Of a DNA stretch of 64,000 bases, positions 20,169 to 29,487 are shown piece by piece (position 1 is the stretch's first letter; each line of letters begins with the position of its first letter). The position numbers were made by a program, and so were the translations under genes. The stretch lies in NCBI GenBank assembly GCA_963838215.1, contig CAWIQG010000003.1, positions 64,240 to 128,239 of the forward strand, given 5' to 3'. The notes beneath the pieces were generated by a model. That model was not told the origin of the DNA. It did not search any database and saw only the letters and a program-made list of their open reading frames with translations. The stretch is from an uncultured Bacteroidales bacterium. Lineage in GTDB: Bacteria > Bacteroidota > Bacteroidia > Bacteroidales > VadinHA17.

Positions 20169-21986
20169 ATGGCAATGACTTTGCTTGAAAAAATTCTTGC
20201 GGCCCATTCAAAATATGATGAGGTTCATAGTGGTGAGATTATTGATGTTGAGATTGATTCAAGGGTTGCCCGTGATTTCGGAGGTGCAAATGTGGTTAAA
20301 AACATTAAGGATTTCGGATTGACCATCGATGACCCAGAAAAAACTTTCTTCACGTTCGATTGCAACCCAACCGGTTCTGATCAGAAATATGCTGTTAATC
20401 AACATGTTTGTCGTCTTTATGCGCGTGAGCAGGGAATAAAAGTATTTGATATTGACGCAGGGATAGGAACACATATTCTTATTGATAAAGGTTATGTATT
20501 TCCCGGAATAACTGCTGTATCAACTGATTCACATGCAAATATACTTGGTGCTATAGGAGCTTTCGGGCAAGGTATGGGCGATATGGATATTGCTGCAGCC
20601 TGGAATAAGGGCAAAGTATGGTTCAAAGTACCTCCTTCAGTCAAAATTAACTTTGAAGGTAAAATCTCACAAGATGTTAGCTCAAAAGACATTGTTCTTA
20701 ATTTGCTTGCAATTTTCGGAGCAGACTCGTTGCTTGGCTGCTCCGTTGAAATATATGGTCAATCTGTTGATGATTTGATCCTAGATGACAGAATTACTAT
20801 CTCGTCGATGGCAACTGAGATGGGTGCCATTATTATTCTGTTTCCTCCGACTGATGAGATAAATATCTATTGTCAGAAACGTACAAAAACCGTGTTTAAA
20901 CCTTATTACGCTGATAAGCATGCACTCTACAAAAATACTTTTGATATTGATGTAACTAAATTCCGGCCGATGGTCTCCCGTCCCGGAGCGCCACATGACG
21001 TTGTAAATGTTTCAGAAGTGCATGGAATGAAAATCGATTCAGCATTCATTGGCAGTTGTACGAATGGCAGGATAAGTGATATGCAAAATGCTGCTTCTAT
21101 CCTGAAAAAAAGAAAAATAGCTCCTGGTGTTATACTCAAAATTGTACCGGCTACAGATGAGATATGGAAACAATGTCTTAGCCTTGGGCTTCTGGATATA
21201 TTTAAAGGGGCTGGCGCTTTAGTATCCAATGCAGGATGTGCAGGTTGCGCGGCAGGTCAGGTTGGACAAAATGGGAAGGGGGAGGTTACCATAAGCACAG
21301 GGAACAGAAATTTCGCCGGTAAACAGGGAAATGGAAGCGTATATCTTGCATCACCTGAGGTAGTTGCTGCATCCGCAATTGCCGGATATATCACAACACC
21401 CGATGATATACCTGCTGAACCTTCATTATTCATTGCGCCGGAAAAGCCAGCAGAATTTGAAAAAAAGGTAAAGCGACACAAAGGAAAGGAGACAATAGAA
21501 TCTGTCATAGAAGGAAGAGTATGGCTCATTTTAAAGGATAATATTGATACTGATATGATATTTCATAACAAGTATCTGGCAACCACCAACATAGAAGAGA
21601 TGGGAAAATATACCTTCACTAACCTGAAAGGGTTTGAAGATTTTTCAAAAAAAGCAAAACCTGGTGATATTATTATTTGTGGAAAGAATTTTGGATGCGG
21701 AAGTTCAAGACAACAGGCAGTTGACTGTTTCATTGCTCTGGGAATCAAAGCAATTATTGCAGAATCTTTTGGAGCTATTTATGAAAGGAACGCTATAAAT
21801 GCAGCATTCCCGGTTATAACATTCAAATCTTTAACTGAGACTGCTATTAAAGATGGAGACAGAATAAAACTGAATTTAAAGACTGGTACTATTGAGAACT
21901 TTCGTAATAAAGAAGTTTATTCAGCTGAACCATTTTCAGATGTCCAGTTTGAAGTATATCAAAGAGGTGGCCTGCTCGGCTGGTAA
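20169..21986 (+). CDS. Aconitase-family hydro-lyase, fused LeuC-like and LeuD-like domains (paralogue 1, divergent motifs)
   Basis: Large-subunit motifs are STDSHANILGA, the Fe-S Cys ligands FIGSCTNGR and GCAGCAAG, and STGNRNFAGKQG. A swivel domain follows with GKNFGCGSSRQQAV. The usual GICHQ is replaced by GIGTHI. Confidence 0.8.
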   Translation: MAMTLLEKILAAHSKYDEVHSGEIIDVEIDSRVARDFGGANVVKNIKDFGLTIDDPEKTFFTFDCNPTGSDQKYAVNQHVCRLYAREQGIKVFDIDAGIGTHILIDKGYVFPGITAVSTDSHANILGAIGAFGQGMGDMDIAAAWNKGKVWFKVPPSVKINFEGKISQDVSSKDIVLNLLAIFGADSLLGCSVEIYGQSVDDLILDDRITISSMATEMGAIIILFPPTDEINIYCQKRTKTVFKPYYADKHALYKNTFDIDVTKFRPMVSRPGAPHDVVNVSEVHGMKIDSAFIGSCTNGRISDMQNAASILKKRKIAPGVILKIVPATDEIWKQCLSLGLLDIFKGAGALVSNAGCAGCAAGQVGQNGKGEVTISTGNRNFAGKQGNGSVYLASPEVVAASAIAGYITTPDDIPAEPSLFIAPEKPAEFEKKVKRHKGKETIESVIEGRVWLILKDNIDTDMIFHNKYLATTNIEEMGKYTFTNLKGFEDFSKKAKPGDIIICGKNFGCGSSRQQAVDCFIALGIKAIIAESFGAIYERNAINAAFPVITFKSLTETAIKDGDRIKLNLKTGTIENFRNKEVYSAEPFSDVQFEVYQRGGLLGW

Positions 21987-22055
21987 TTTCAATATTTGGT
22001 TACTTTTCACTATTTTACTGTTATGTCGTTGTACTTTTAATAACATAAATACATT

Positions 22056-23840
22056 ATGGTAACTATGAACCCACAAACATTTGCTGAAAAGATATTCAAA
22101 GCACCAGTCGGTGCTATAGTTTTTGCCAGACCTGATATTATTCTTACTCATGACAATACATCAAGCATTTATAAAACATTTCAAAAAATGGGAGGGAAGA
22201 GTGTTGCCGATCCTGACCAGATAATTGTGGTTCTTGATCATAATGCTCCTCCGGCTGACGCAAAGCTGGCAACACAGTACCAGGAGATAAGAGATATTGT
22301 TATGGAACAGGGAATTAATAAATTCTATGACGCGGGAAAAGGCATCTGTCACCAGATTATGTCTTATCATGCACGGCCCGGAATGATTATTGTCGGAAGC
22401 GATAGTCATACTTCTACAGCCGGAGCTTTCAATTCTTTTGCAGCCGGAATTGACCGTACAGAATCTGCCGGAATCTGGAAAAGAGGAGAAACATGGTTCC
22501 GGGTTCCTGAATCCATAAAAATATATCTTTCCGGCCGGTTAAATGAAAATGTATCAGCAAAAGACCTTGCATTATGGATTATAGGTATGATTGGATCTGA
22601 CGGAGCTAACTATATGTCAATAGAATATCACGGTGAGGGTGTTAAAACCCTTAATATTTCGGATCGCATGACAATAGCAAATCTTGCTTCAGAAATGGGG
22701 GCTAAAAATGCTGTTTTTCCTGCAGATGAAACCCTTGAGGAGTTTTATAATGAAAAGACAAGTGGAATATGGGCCGATGTCAATGCTAAATACTTCAGCG
22801 AAATAAATATTGACCTGAATGATATATTCCCGGTTGTGGCTGCTCCTCATAATGTAGATAATGTCAAATCAGTGTACGAAGTTGCCGGAACCGTGGTACA
22901 CGAAGGACTTATTGGCACATGTACAAATGGCAGAATTGAAGATTTGAGAATAGCTGCAGGAATTTTAAAAGGAAAAGCAATAAAAGATGGTTTTCAGCTA
23001 AATATTATTCCTGCTTCAAGAAAAATATTCCTACAGGCAATTGAGGAAAAAATAATTTCTACCTTAATAGAGTCAGGAGCAAATGTTCTGACTCCTTCGT
23101 GTGGCCCGTGTCTTGGCACTGGGCAAGGAATTCCTTCAAACGGACATACAGTAATTTCTACAGCAAACCGCAATTTTTCAGGAAGAATGGGTAACAAAGA
23201 GGCTCAGATTTATCTGGCTTCTCCTGCAACGGTAGCAGTATCTTCCCTGAAGGGGACAATTACTGACCCAAGAAAGATTCCAGGTAAAGAGAAATTTCCA
23301 TATAAAATTACCCAAAGCAGGACATTTGAAATAAAACCGGGTGAAAACAGGAAAATTGGTGCAATTTGGAATTATGCCGATGTTGACAACCTTAACACGG
23401 ATCAGATGTTTGCAGGGAAATACACATATAGTATCCTAAGTTCAGATCCTGCATCCATTGTTCCTCACTTGTTTGAAGATTTTGACCCTGCTTTTAGCAA
23501 AAATGTAAAAAAGGATGATATCATCATATCAGGAGATAATTTTGGCTGTGGCAGTTCCCGGGAACATCCTTCAGTCGGCCTTTCTTACCTTGGAATTAAA
23601 GCAATTATTGTAAAATCGGTGAACAGAATATTTTACAGGTCCTCTATTAACCAGGGTTTGTTACTTATTGTTCACAGGGAAGCAGTAGATGCATATAAGT
23701 CAGGAGATAAAATAAATATTAACTTTAATGATGGCAAGATTATAATTGGATCAGCAATATTCTCTTTTGAACCCCTTCCAGAAAAACTGAAGCAGATAAT
23801 TGACAATAAAGGACTTGTCAACTACCTAATAAAAAATTAG
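22056..23840 (+). CDS. Aconitase-family hydro-lyase, fused LeuC-like and LeuD-like domains (paralogue 2, canonical motifs)
   Basis: Motifs GKGICHQIM, GSDSHTSTAGA, LIGTCTNGR, SCGPCLGTGQG and STANRNFSGRMG, followed by a swivel domain with GDNFGCGSSREHP. Confidence 0.8.
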   Translation: MVTMNPQTFAEKIFKAPVGAIVFARPDIILTHDNTSSIYKTFQKMGGKSVADPDQIIVVLDHNAPPADAKLATQYQEIRDIVMEQGINKFYDAGKGICHQIMSYHARPGMIIVGSDSHTSTAGAFNSFAAGIDRTESAGIWKRGETWFRVPESIKIYLSGRLNENVSAKDLALWIIGMIGSDGANYMSIEYHGEGVKTLNISDRMTIANLASEMGAKNAVFPADETLEEFYNEKTSGIWADVNAKYFSEINIDLNDIFPVVAAPHNVDNVKSVYEVAGTVVHEGLIGTCTNGRIEDLRIAAGILKGKAIKDGFQLNIIPASRKIFLQAIEEKIISTLIESGANVLTPSCGPCLGTGQGIPSNGHTVISTANRNFSGRMGNKEAQIYLASPATVAVSSLKGTITDPRKIPGKEKFPYKITQSRTFEIKPGENRKIGAIWNYADVDNLNTDQMFAGKYTYSILSSDPASIVPHLFEDFDPAFSKNVKKDDIIISGDNFGCGSSREHPSVGLSYLGIKAIIVKSVNRIFYRSSINQGLLLIVHREAVDAYKSGDKININFNDGKIIIGSAIFSFEPLPEKLKQIIDNKGLVNYLIKN

Positions 23841-23908
23841 ATAAGTATCTCTCTTTCTTCATAATAATGTCAGAACAAGAATCAGGTTGCAGAAATTGAA
23901 AAAAAATG

Positions 23909-23916
23909 TATTTTTG
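23909..23916 (+). promoter_or_regulatory. Possible -7 promoter box for the tRNA
   Basis: TATTTTTG matches TAnnTTTG, about 13 nt upstream of the mature tRNA 5' end. Confidence 0.3.
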
Positions 23917-23928
23917 CAGCCTGTAAAA

Positions 23929-24002
23929 GGTTCCGTAGCTCAGTTGGATAGAGCAACAGCCTTCTAAGCTGTGGGTCGCGCGTTCGAGTCGCGCCGGAAT
24001 CA
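23929..24002 (+). tRNA. tRNA-Arg (anticodon UCU)
   Basis: GGTTCCGTAGCTCAGTTGGATAGAGC has the D-arm consensus. The anticodon stem-loop is ACAGC-CTTCTAA-GCTGT, the T-arm is GCGCGTTCGAGTCGCGC, and the acceptor GGTTCCG pairs with CGGAATC. No CCA is encoded. Confidence 0.95.
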
Positions 24003-24014
24003 CAACTGAAATAC

Positions 24015-24049
24015 AAGGAGTTATAATAAATCAACTCCTTTTTTATTTT
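24015..24049 (+). terminator. Intrinsic terminator after the tRNA
   Basis: AAGGAGTT (24015-24022) pairs perfectly with AACTCCTT (24033-24040) around a 10-nt loop. It is followed by TTTTATTTT. Confidence 0.75.
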
Positions 24050-24100
24050 GTATGGTTGCAACAATTAGTATGTTTATATCCTCAATTGTCAAAATAAGTA

Positions 24101-24130
24101 AAGCCTTGATACACAATAATATCAAGGCTT
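24101..24130. terminator. Perfect 10-11 bp hairpin, possibly a bidirectional terminator
   Basis: AAGCCTTGATA ... TATCAAGGCTT lies between the tRNA and the end of the minus-strand GrpB gene. Both flanks are T-rich on the respective strands. Confidence 0.4.
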
Positions 24131-24322
24131 CTTCATTAGTTACTACTGAAACTCTATTGAAACATTTCCGTTAATAAAGAACTGTAGTTAGTGTGTTCCA
24201 AGTTCCCTGTTGATGAGAAATGATGGATTTTGGGGAGTGAAATAGCTGAAAGCTCTTTTTATCTGATTTGAATTTATATTATCCCAAGCCGAAGGCAATT
24301 AATTAAACCGATCGAGTTAATC

Positions 24323-24889
24323 TTAGATTTTTTTTAATCTTGCGAGTTGAACAATTCGCTTAATAAAATCAGTCTTGTATTCTGTATATTTCTCTCGATC
24401 ATTTTTATACTTGTTCGCAAGTAAGCTTTTTAGATCGGCATAGTCAAGAGCAGTTTCAGGGTTGGATTTCAAATAGTCACGGAATACTAATTCGTCCCAG
24501 TCACCTGTATATCGTATATGAATATGAAATGTTTGTCCAGAAATTCCTTTTTGTGTGTACCCTTTTGCAAACATCATATGTGGTGGCGGATTCTCAGGTT
24601 TTGGAATAAACTCATAACCAATCTTTATAAGGTCACGTTTGATCAAATCAAGGTCAGTATAGACCTGAATTTCAATTAAAATATCAATTGTTGGTTTAGC
24701 AGAAAGTCCAGGTACCGCAGTGCTCCCTATATGTTCGATACTTACAATTTGTTTAGGATCTAAAGTTGCAATGATATTTTGTTTCTCGAGCTGATACAGT
24801 TCCACCCATTTTGGATCGTAATCAGTCAGGATGATAGGAAATAGTTGTCCAAGTTCTGCAACTGTCAATTTATTAAGGTCCTTTGTCAT
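24323..24889 (-). CDS. GrpB-family protein
   Basis: Typical GrpB block IEHIGSTAVPGLSAKPTIDILIEI and later HIHIR. The length is 188 aa. Confidence 0.8.
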   Translation of the reverse strand: MTKDLNKLTVAELGQLFPIILTDYDPKWVELYQLEKQNIIATLDPKQIVSIEHIGSTAVPGLSAKPTIDILIEIQVYTDLDLIKRDLIKIGYEFIPKPENPPPHMMFAKGYTQKGISGQTFHIHIRYTGDWDELVFRDYLKSNPETALDYADLKSLLANKYKNDREKYTEYKTDFIKRIVQLARLKKI

Positions 24890-25079
24890 GGGTAAGTAAC
24901 TCTATTGTTGTGGTAAAATATTTGTTAAGTCAAAATGATTTAAATGATTCGGTTTATATGCAGATGGCCAATAATTTAAGCCTCATATCCAGGTGTATGG
25001 GAAGTTGCCTTCTGTGTCAGGGTGGCATGCGTTTTTGCAAAGTCCAGATAGATGAACGCATCGACCGTGTCAGCAACTG

Positions 25080-25580
25080 CTATTTATTATTTTCATCTTC
25101 CCATTTTTTAAGTACCTCCGCTTCCCCTTCAAAATATGTTGTTTTTGATTCTTTTTTAAAGATTTCAAATGACGGAGCTAAAAGTAATTTATCCGAGTCA
25201 GGGTACTCACAGACGTCATAACCAATATAGGATCTGATGTCAAGATATGTACAAGGTTCTGAGGTATGATTATATAACTGATGAGCTCCTGATTCACCCA
25301 TTTCGAAGAAGATGATATCACCATTTGACACAATATTAAAACCATCTGGTGTTCTTAAGGTCACTGAACCAGCAATTATCATAAATAATTCTTCAGCAAA
25401 CCTATGGAAATGATAAGGTGCAGAGAATTGACCTGGATTTAATAGCCTAAGATCAAAGTTTAAATTTTTGGGGGTTATTCCATCCTTCTTTCTTGAGACA
25501 TCTGAAAACAAACGGAAGTTATCAATCTTATTGGGATCTTCTTGGAAATCTCTATTCTTACATTTTAGGATTGTAGCCAT
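25080..25580 (-). CDS. Cupin-domain protein
   Basis: Cupin motif region PYHFHRFAEELFMIIAGSVTLRTPDG ... GAHQLYN. Confidence 0.65.
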   Translation of the reverse strand: MATILKCKNRDFQEDPNKIDNFRLFSDVSRKKDGITPKNLNFDLRLLNPGQFSAPYHFHRFAEELFMIIAGSVTLRTPDGFNIVSNGDIIFFEMGESGAHQLYNHTSEPCTYLDIRSYIGYDVCEYPDSDKLLLAPSFEIFKKESKTTYFEGEAEVLKKWEDENNK

Positions 25581-26027
25581 TTCAATTGAATTAATATTTA
25601 TATAAAACTCAAAAATACTCCTTTTCAGGCGTGCATCGAAGCTTCAACGTGCCGCTAACCGTCCCGGCTAAAAGCAGTGTAGGATTTACTTGCAGCCGAT
25701 GTAAACCTGCAAAATGTCATATAAACTTACTCCTTATCAAGCTATAACGTCCACCTGCATTGATTTTGAGCCGTTGTTGAACGGCGTTTATTTTTCTTTT
25801 ATTGTTTCAATTATTTTACTCACTGTGTCAAGCTTTATTGGGAACTGGATTTGCGAAGATTATGAAAAGCTAATTTACTTTGTCCACGTTATGTTCTGGC
25901 CATTATTTGCTGACTTAATTTCAGAGAATTGTCTGGTCATAAAGAATATATTTTTTATCAACCTGGTTTTGATGTAAGATTTGTAAAGTTGCAGAAATTA
26001 ATTTTCTCTATGGTAAGTAGGGGAATA

Positions 26028-26966
26028 TCATCTTTTATAAAGAACCTTTAAAGCTCTCATAATGGATGAGGGGATACATGATTCATGGTTTTCGCCAGGG
26101 AAAACCTGTGTTTCAATTGTCAGATCAGGATAACTCCGGGACTGTAATAATTCAGCCATTTTCTTCATATTAACTACCATTAAGGAGTCCTCTGATCCGC
26201 CTGCACTCATAAAAAGCTTAGCATTTATATCCTTATGTGTTATCGCATACTCCTTCTCAAAATTAAAAATAACTCCTTTATCATAATCTAGAGAAGGACT
26301 TCCGGCATAATAAATGCTGAATAGTTCGGGCTGTTTGAACAAGATATAAAGCGAAAACAATCCACCATAAGAATAACCTCCTATACCTCTACCTTTTGAG
26401 GAAACACGATAGTTTGATTCAACAAATGGGAAAACCTCTTTAACTAAAAATTCAAGGAACGTTGCAGCGCCACCACTCTTCACTACAAATTGTCTTTCTG
26501 TCATACTGGTTAATATTCTGGCCCAGCTAGTATCAAGAGCTGGTATATTTGTAGGAGTAAGATCCCTGATCCTCCAGGCACCCCAGTCAGCTAAATCTTT
26601 TATCTTGTACCCTATACCAATAACCAGAATTTCGGGTTCACTGAGTTTAGGGACCTCGAATATACTTACCATGTTTGCCACCATTGGAAATGAGCGATTT
26701 GCATCAGTTAGATACCAGGCTGGGTAAACCTTCTGAGGATTATTATAATAGCTGATTGGAAGTTTGATGTAAATATTCATATCCTGTTTCAGGATTGCTG
26801 AATAAAAGGTTCGCATTTCAGTGTTAGGTATTGAAACCGATGGATAATTCTTAGTATCAGGTTTTATCACCTGTTCCTGGGATAAGGAATCTAATGACGC
26901 AAGAGTAAATAAAGACATAAGAAAAAAGAGTTGTTTCCCAATCATTAAGGATATGTGTTTTTTCAT
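26028..26966 (-). CDS. Secreted alpha/beta-hydrolase, putative esterase family (Fes/IroE-like fold)
   Basis: The start at 26966 (MKKHISLM...) gives a signal peptide. The nucleophile elbow is GIGGYSYGG, and the C-terminal segment FPGENHESC is consistent with the catalytic His. Confidence 0.7.
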   Translation of the reverse strand: MKKHISLMIGKQLFFLMSLFTLASLDSLSQEQVIKPDTKNYPSVSIPNTEMRTFYSAILKQDMNIYIKLPISYYNNPQKVYPAWYLTDANRSFPMVANMVSIFEVPKLSEPEILVIGIGYKIKDLADWGAWRIRDLTPTNIPALDTSWARILTSMTERQFVVKSGGAATFLEFLVKEVFPFVESNYRVSSKGRGIGGYSYGGLFSLYILFKQPELFSIYYAGSPSLDYDKGVIFNFEKEYAITHKDINAKLFMSAGGSEDSLMVVNMKKMAELLQSRSYPDLTIETQVFPGENHESCIPSSIMRALKVLYKR

Positions 26967-27111
26967 GATCATAAATTTTTTAATTAAAAACATAAAATCA
27001 CTGATATGCATATGTAAATTTGCTATCAAATTTAAACTTTGTTCATGTTTATAGCAATTCTAATTTTCTCCCCCAAATCCCAGTTGATCGAGTTGCGTAA
27101 TTGATACTTTC

Positions 27112-27303
27112 CTATATAGTATTAAAACAAATTACAATCTCATCAGTTTGATTTTTACCCTCCACTTGTTTATTCTTACCGGGAATTTCGATTTCAATGG
27201 TTTCTCCTGAAATATTAATTGTATGACCCTTAGGATTTTTTTGGGCCATCAATGATATGTTTGATAAAATCAATAGTAATATAATGATAGGTGTACATTT
27301 CAT
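27112..27303 (-). CDS. Small secreted hypothetical protein (63 aa)
   Basis: Clear signal peptide MKCTPIIILLLILSNISLMAQ. It lies 4 nt downstream of the preceding gene on the same strand. Confidence 0.4.
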   Translation of the reverse strand: MKCTPIIILLLILSNISLMAQKNPKGHTINISGETIEIEIPGKNKQVEGKNQTDEIVICFNTI

Positions 27304-27307
27304 ATTA

Positions 27308-28171
27308 TTACCTATCCGAAAACGCTGCCTCCTTTACAACCTCTAAATTGTGTCTGGCTTTAATAGCTATTCTTTGATTGGGTGATTTTGCAAGCTGATC
27401 AAGTAGTTCAGTTGCCTTATCCCAGTTCCTGAGTTTTATGAAAATGTTAGATTCTTTAAAAACCTTACCGGAATAGATTATTCTTGATTCCTGAACGGTT
27501 CTAGGGTAGAACTTGCTCACATAATCCTGCCCTGCCTGAAAGGCAAGAGATTCAACCCTGCTACTAGCTTTAGATATAGAAGGTTTTATAGTTATAAGTC
27601 CCGACATAGTAGGCCTGGATGAGTAGAATAATGAATTTTCCATCTTGCTACGGTTTATCAGATCTCCTGTCACTGAATATAGTGACATATAAAACCTTGT
27701 AAACAAATAGAAATTTTTTGTTTTGCTTTTGCTTCCGTCACTGTTATTGTCAACAATTGTTTCCCAGTCAAAAAATATATTCATTGAATCGAGTGCAAGC
27801 AACATATCGGCTTTGTATCGGGTACAAATAGCAGTTACCGAATCTATTGGCAGCAAAATTGTCAACTGACCAACCTCTACGTTTTTTTTCAGAGAGTCAC
27901 CAGTGAAAAATTTATAAGATTCATCCCCAGCAGATTGTGATGATAATCCTTCCATTAATTTCCTCACTCCTGCGTGATACGAGATAACATTCTTATTCCT
28001 CACATATACTGGTAATGTATAATCGAAAAGATTGACAAATACGATATTGCCAGTTTTCTTTTCAGGAATTATCTCCGGATCATATGTCTTCTGGACAAAT
28101 ATAAGACTGCTGCATGAGGAGAGGGAAGACAATATGACAATCGTGAACAAAAAATAGGTAACTGTTTTCAT
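27308..28171 (-). CDS. Hypothetical lipoprotein with a TPR-like C-terminus
   Basis: Lipobox SSLSSCSS. The C-terminal helical segment is WDKATELLDQLAKSPNQRIAIKARHNLEVV. No catalytic motif was recognised. Confidence 0.55.
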   Translation of the reverse strand: MKTVTYFLFTIVILSSLSSCSSLIFVQKTYDPEIIPEKKTGNIVFVNLFDYTLPVYVRNKNVISYHAGVRKLMEGLSSQSAGDESYKFFTGDSLKKNVEVGQLTILLPIDSVTAICTRYKADMLLALDSMNIFFDWETIVDNNSDGSKSKTKNFYLFTRFYMSLYSVTGDLINRSKMENSLFYSSRPTMSGLITIKPSISKASSRVESLAFQAGQDYVSKFYPRTVQESRIIYSGKVFKESNIFIKLRNWDKATELLDQLAKSPNQRIAIKARHNLEVVKEAAFSDR

Positions 28172-28246
28172 TTCTATCTTATTTAAGTGAATTTTAAATT
28201 AGTGTGTCAGAGAACTAAAACTGTTTCAATATGAATCCGAAGACCC

Positions 28247-28522
28247 TTAGTAAATCTGATTGTAAACTTCAGTCAGTATCTGAATGCTTCTGTGTTGAAA
28301 GTCTTTAATCCTTCCATCCAGGAACCTGTACATAAATACAGGAGTACCTTTTTTCAAAGATGGTACGCTTTCATAATTTTCATTTTCCGGATCTTCAGGT
28401 GTATTGAGATTTTTAACTTTTCCCCCAATATAATGCCCGAAACCGGATATTTCGCTGGCGTTAAGGATCTTGCTGTTCTCATTTTTAGCGGTGAACATTA
28501 TCTCAGCCAGGTTATTCTCCAT
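28247..28522 (-). CDS. Hypothetical protein (91 aa)
   Basis: An ORF co-directional with its neighbours. No motif was recognised. Confidence 0.35.
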   Translation of the reverse strand: MENNLAEIMFTAKNENSKILNASEISGFGHYIGGKVKNLNTPEDPENENYESVPSLKKGTPVFMYRFLDGRIKDFQHRSIQILTEVYNQIY

Positions 28523-28551
28523 ACACTTTGTCAGGATTAAATCAAAAAGTA

Positions 28552-29032
28552 TTAAAAATTATAGTTTAAAGTAAATCCCGGACAGTATGATTGAGTATAG
28601 TTGTTTAAAATCATTGCTGGCAAGATATTCACTGATCCATCCAATGGATAATTCTTTTTGATGACTGATTTGATCCTCACTATACGGCCCAGGTAAGCTA
28701 TGCTGGCTATTGTTCCACCGATCAGTATTCCTGCGCCTGTTATCATACCAATATCATTTACACCTTTGTCACCAATTAATTGTTCAAAAAAAGATGGATC
28801 ATCACTCATGCCAGGCTGCAGGTATTTAAAAATAATAAAGACGACTCCTCCTGTTCCGGCAATCAGGCCGGAAATCAGAAGGTCCTTTTTTGATTTTAAT
28901 AATGATTCTTCAAGTTGCCCCTTTGAAAGGGAATTTATATCTGTAACGTTATAATTCTTGACATACCACTGTCCATTATAAATAAGGAAATGAAATAATC
29001 AACATGAATGATATTATAATTATTTTTTTCAT
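28552..29032 (-). pseudogene. Glycine-zipper membrane/outer-membrane protein interrupted by a frameshift, or carrying a sequencing error
   Basis: The ATG at 29032 encodes the signal-like peptide MKKIIIISFMLIISFPYL, then a stop at 28976-28978. Another frame continues without a start codon (IYNGQWYVKNYNVTD...LISGLIAGTGGVVFIIF...) into the 85-aa track ORF. That ORF ends in the OMP-like TLNYNF. Confidence 0.45.
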
Positions 29033-29487
29033 AGTACAACAAGTTTTATTTTGCCTGCTTTTAAATTTTTCAGCAGTCACTCCTTACTCTTTAGAGGATT
29101 TTCAGGCATCTCCCGGAAAAGAAATTCAAGAATCAGGCCAACTTATATAAATATTAGATATACAACTTCTTAAAATATATTAAAGAATGAATTATAGTTG
29201 TTAGTGTAGCGTTTTGCTACAATTTATTGATCCATAATGCTACATAAATGAATAATGTCATGTATAATGTATAATTGCGACTTATTGGTTGTCAGGTATT
29301 AATCCCTGAAAAGGTTTTACAGCATGTTTACTTTTTAAGGTTACAAATTATTAGCAAATATTTAGCCACTAAGAATGGCATATCTAATCGCTTAAGTCAA
29401 ATGCGAAACATCAGATTTCAAAGGTTATTTTAAATTTATATCACTCACTAAAATCCCCGTTTTAGGGGATCTGGCGAACGGAATTAA

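Noticed and set aside
23818-24064. Two 60-61 aa minus-strand ORFs
   Set aside because: They are antisense to tRNA-Arg and its terminator. They are artefacts of the stop-free tRNA sequence.
24883-25221. 112-aa plus-strand ORF between GrpB and the cupin gene
   Set aside because: It overlaps the GrpB start and the cupin 3' end on the opposite strand, and no motif was recognised. It is likely spurious.
25714-25977. 87-aa plus-strand ORF
   Set aside because: It contains a plus-strand intrinsic terminator within its first third and is highly hydrophobic and AT-driven. The region is treated as non-coding.
24003-29487. Integrated mobile genomic island at the tRNA-Arg gene
   Set aside because: I could find no integrase, recombinase, transposase, conjugation gene or phage gene. 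There is also no direct repeat of the tRNA 3' end (…GTTCGAGTCGCGCCGGAATCA). It is kept only as a possible variable region.
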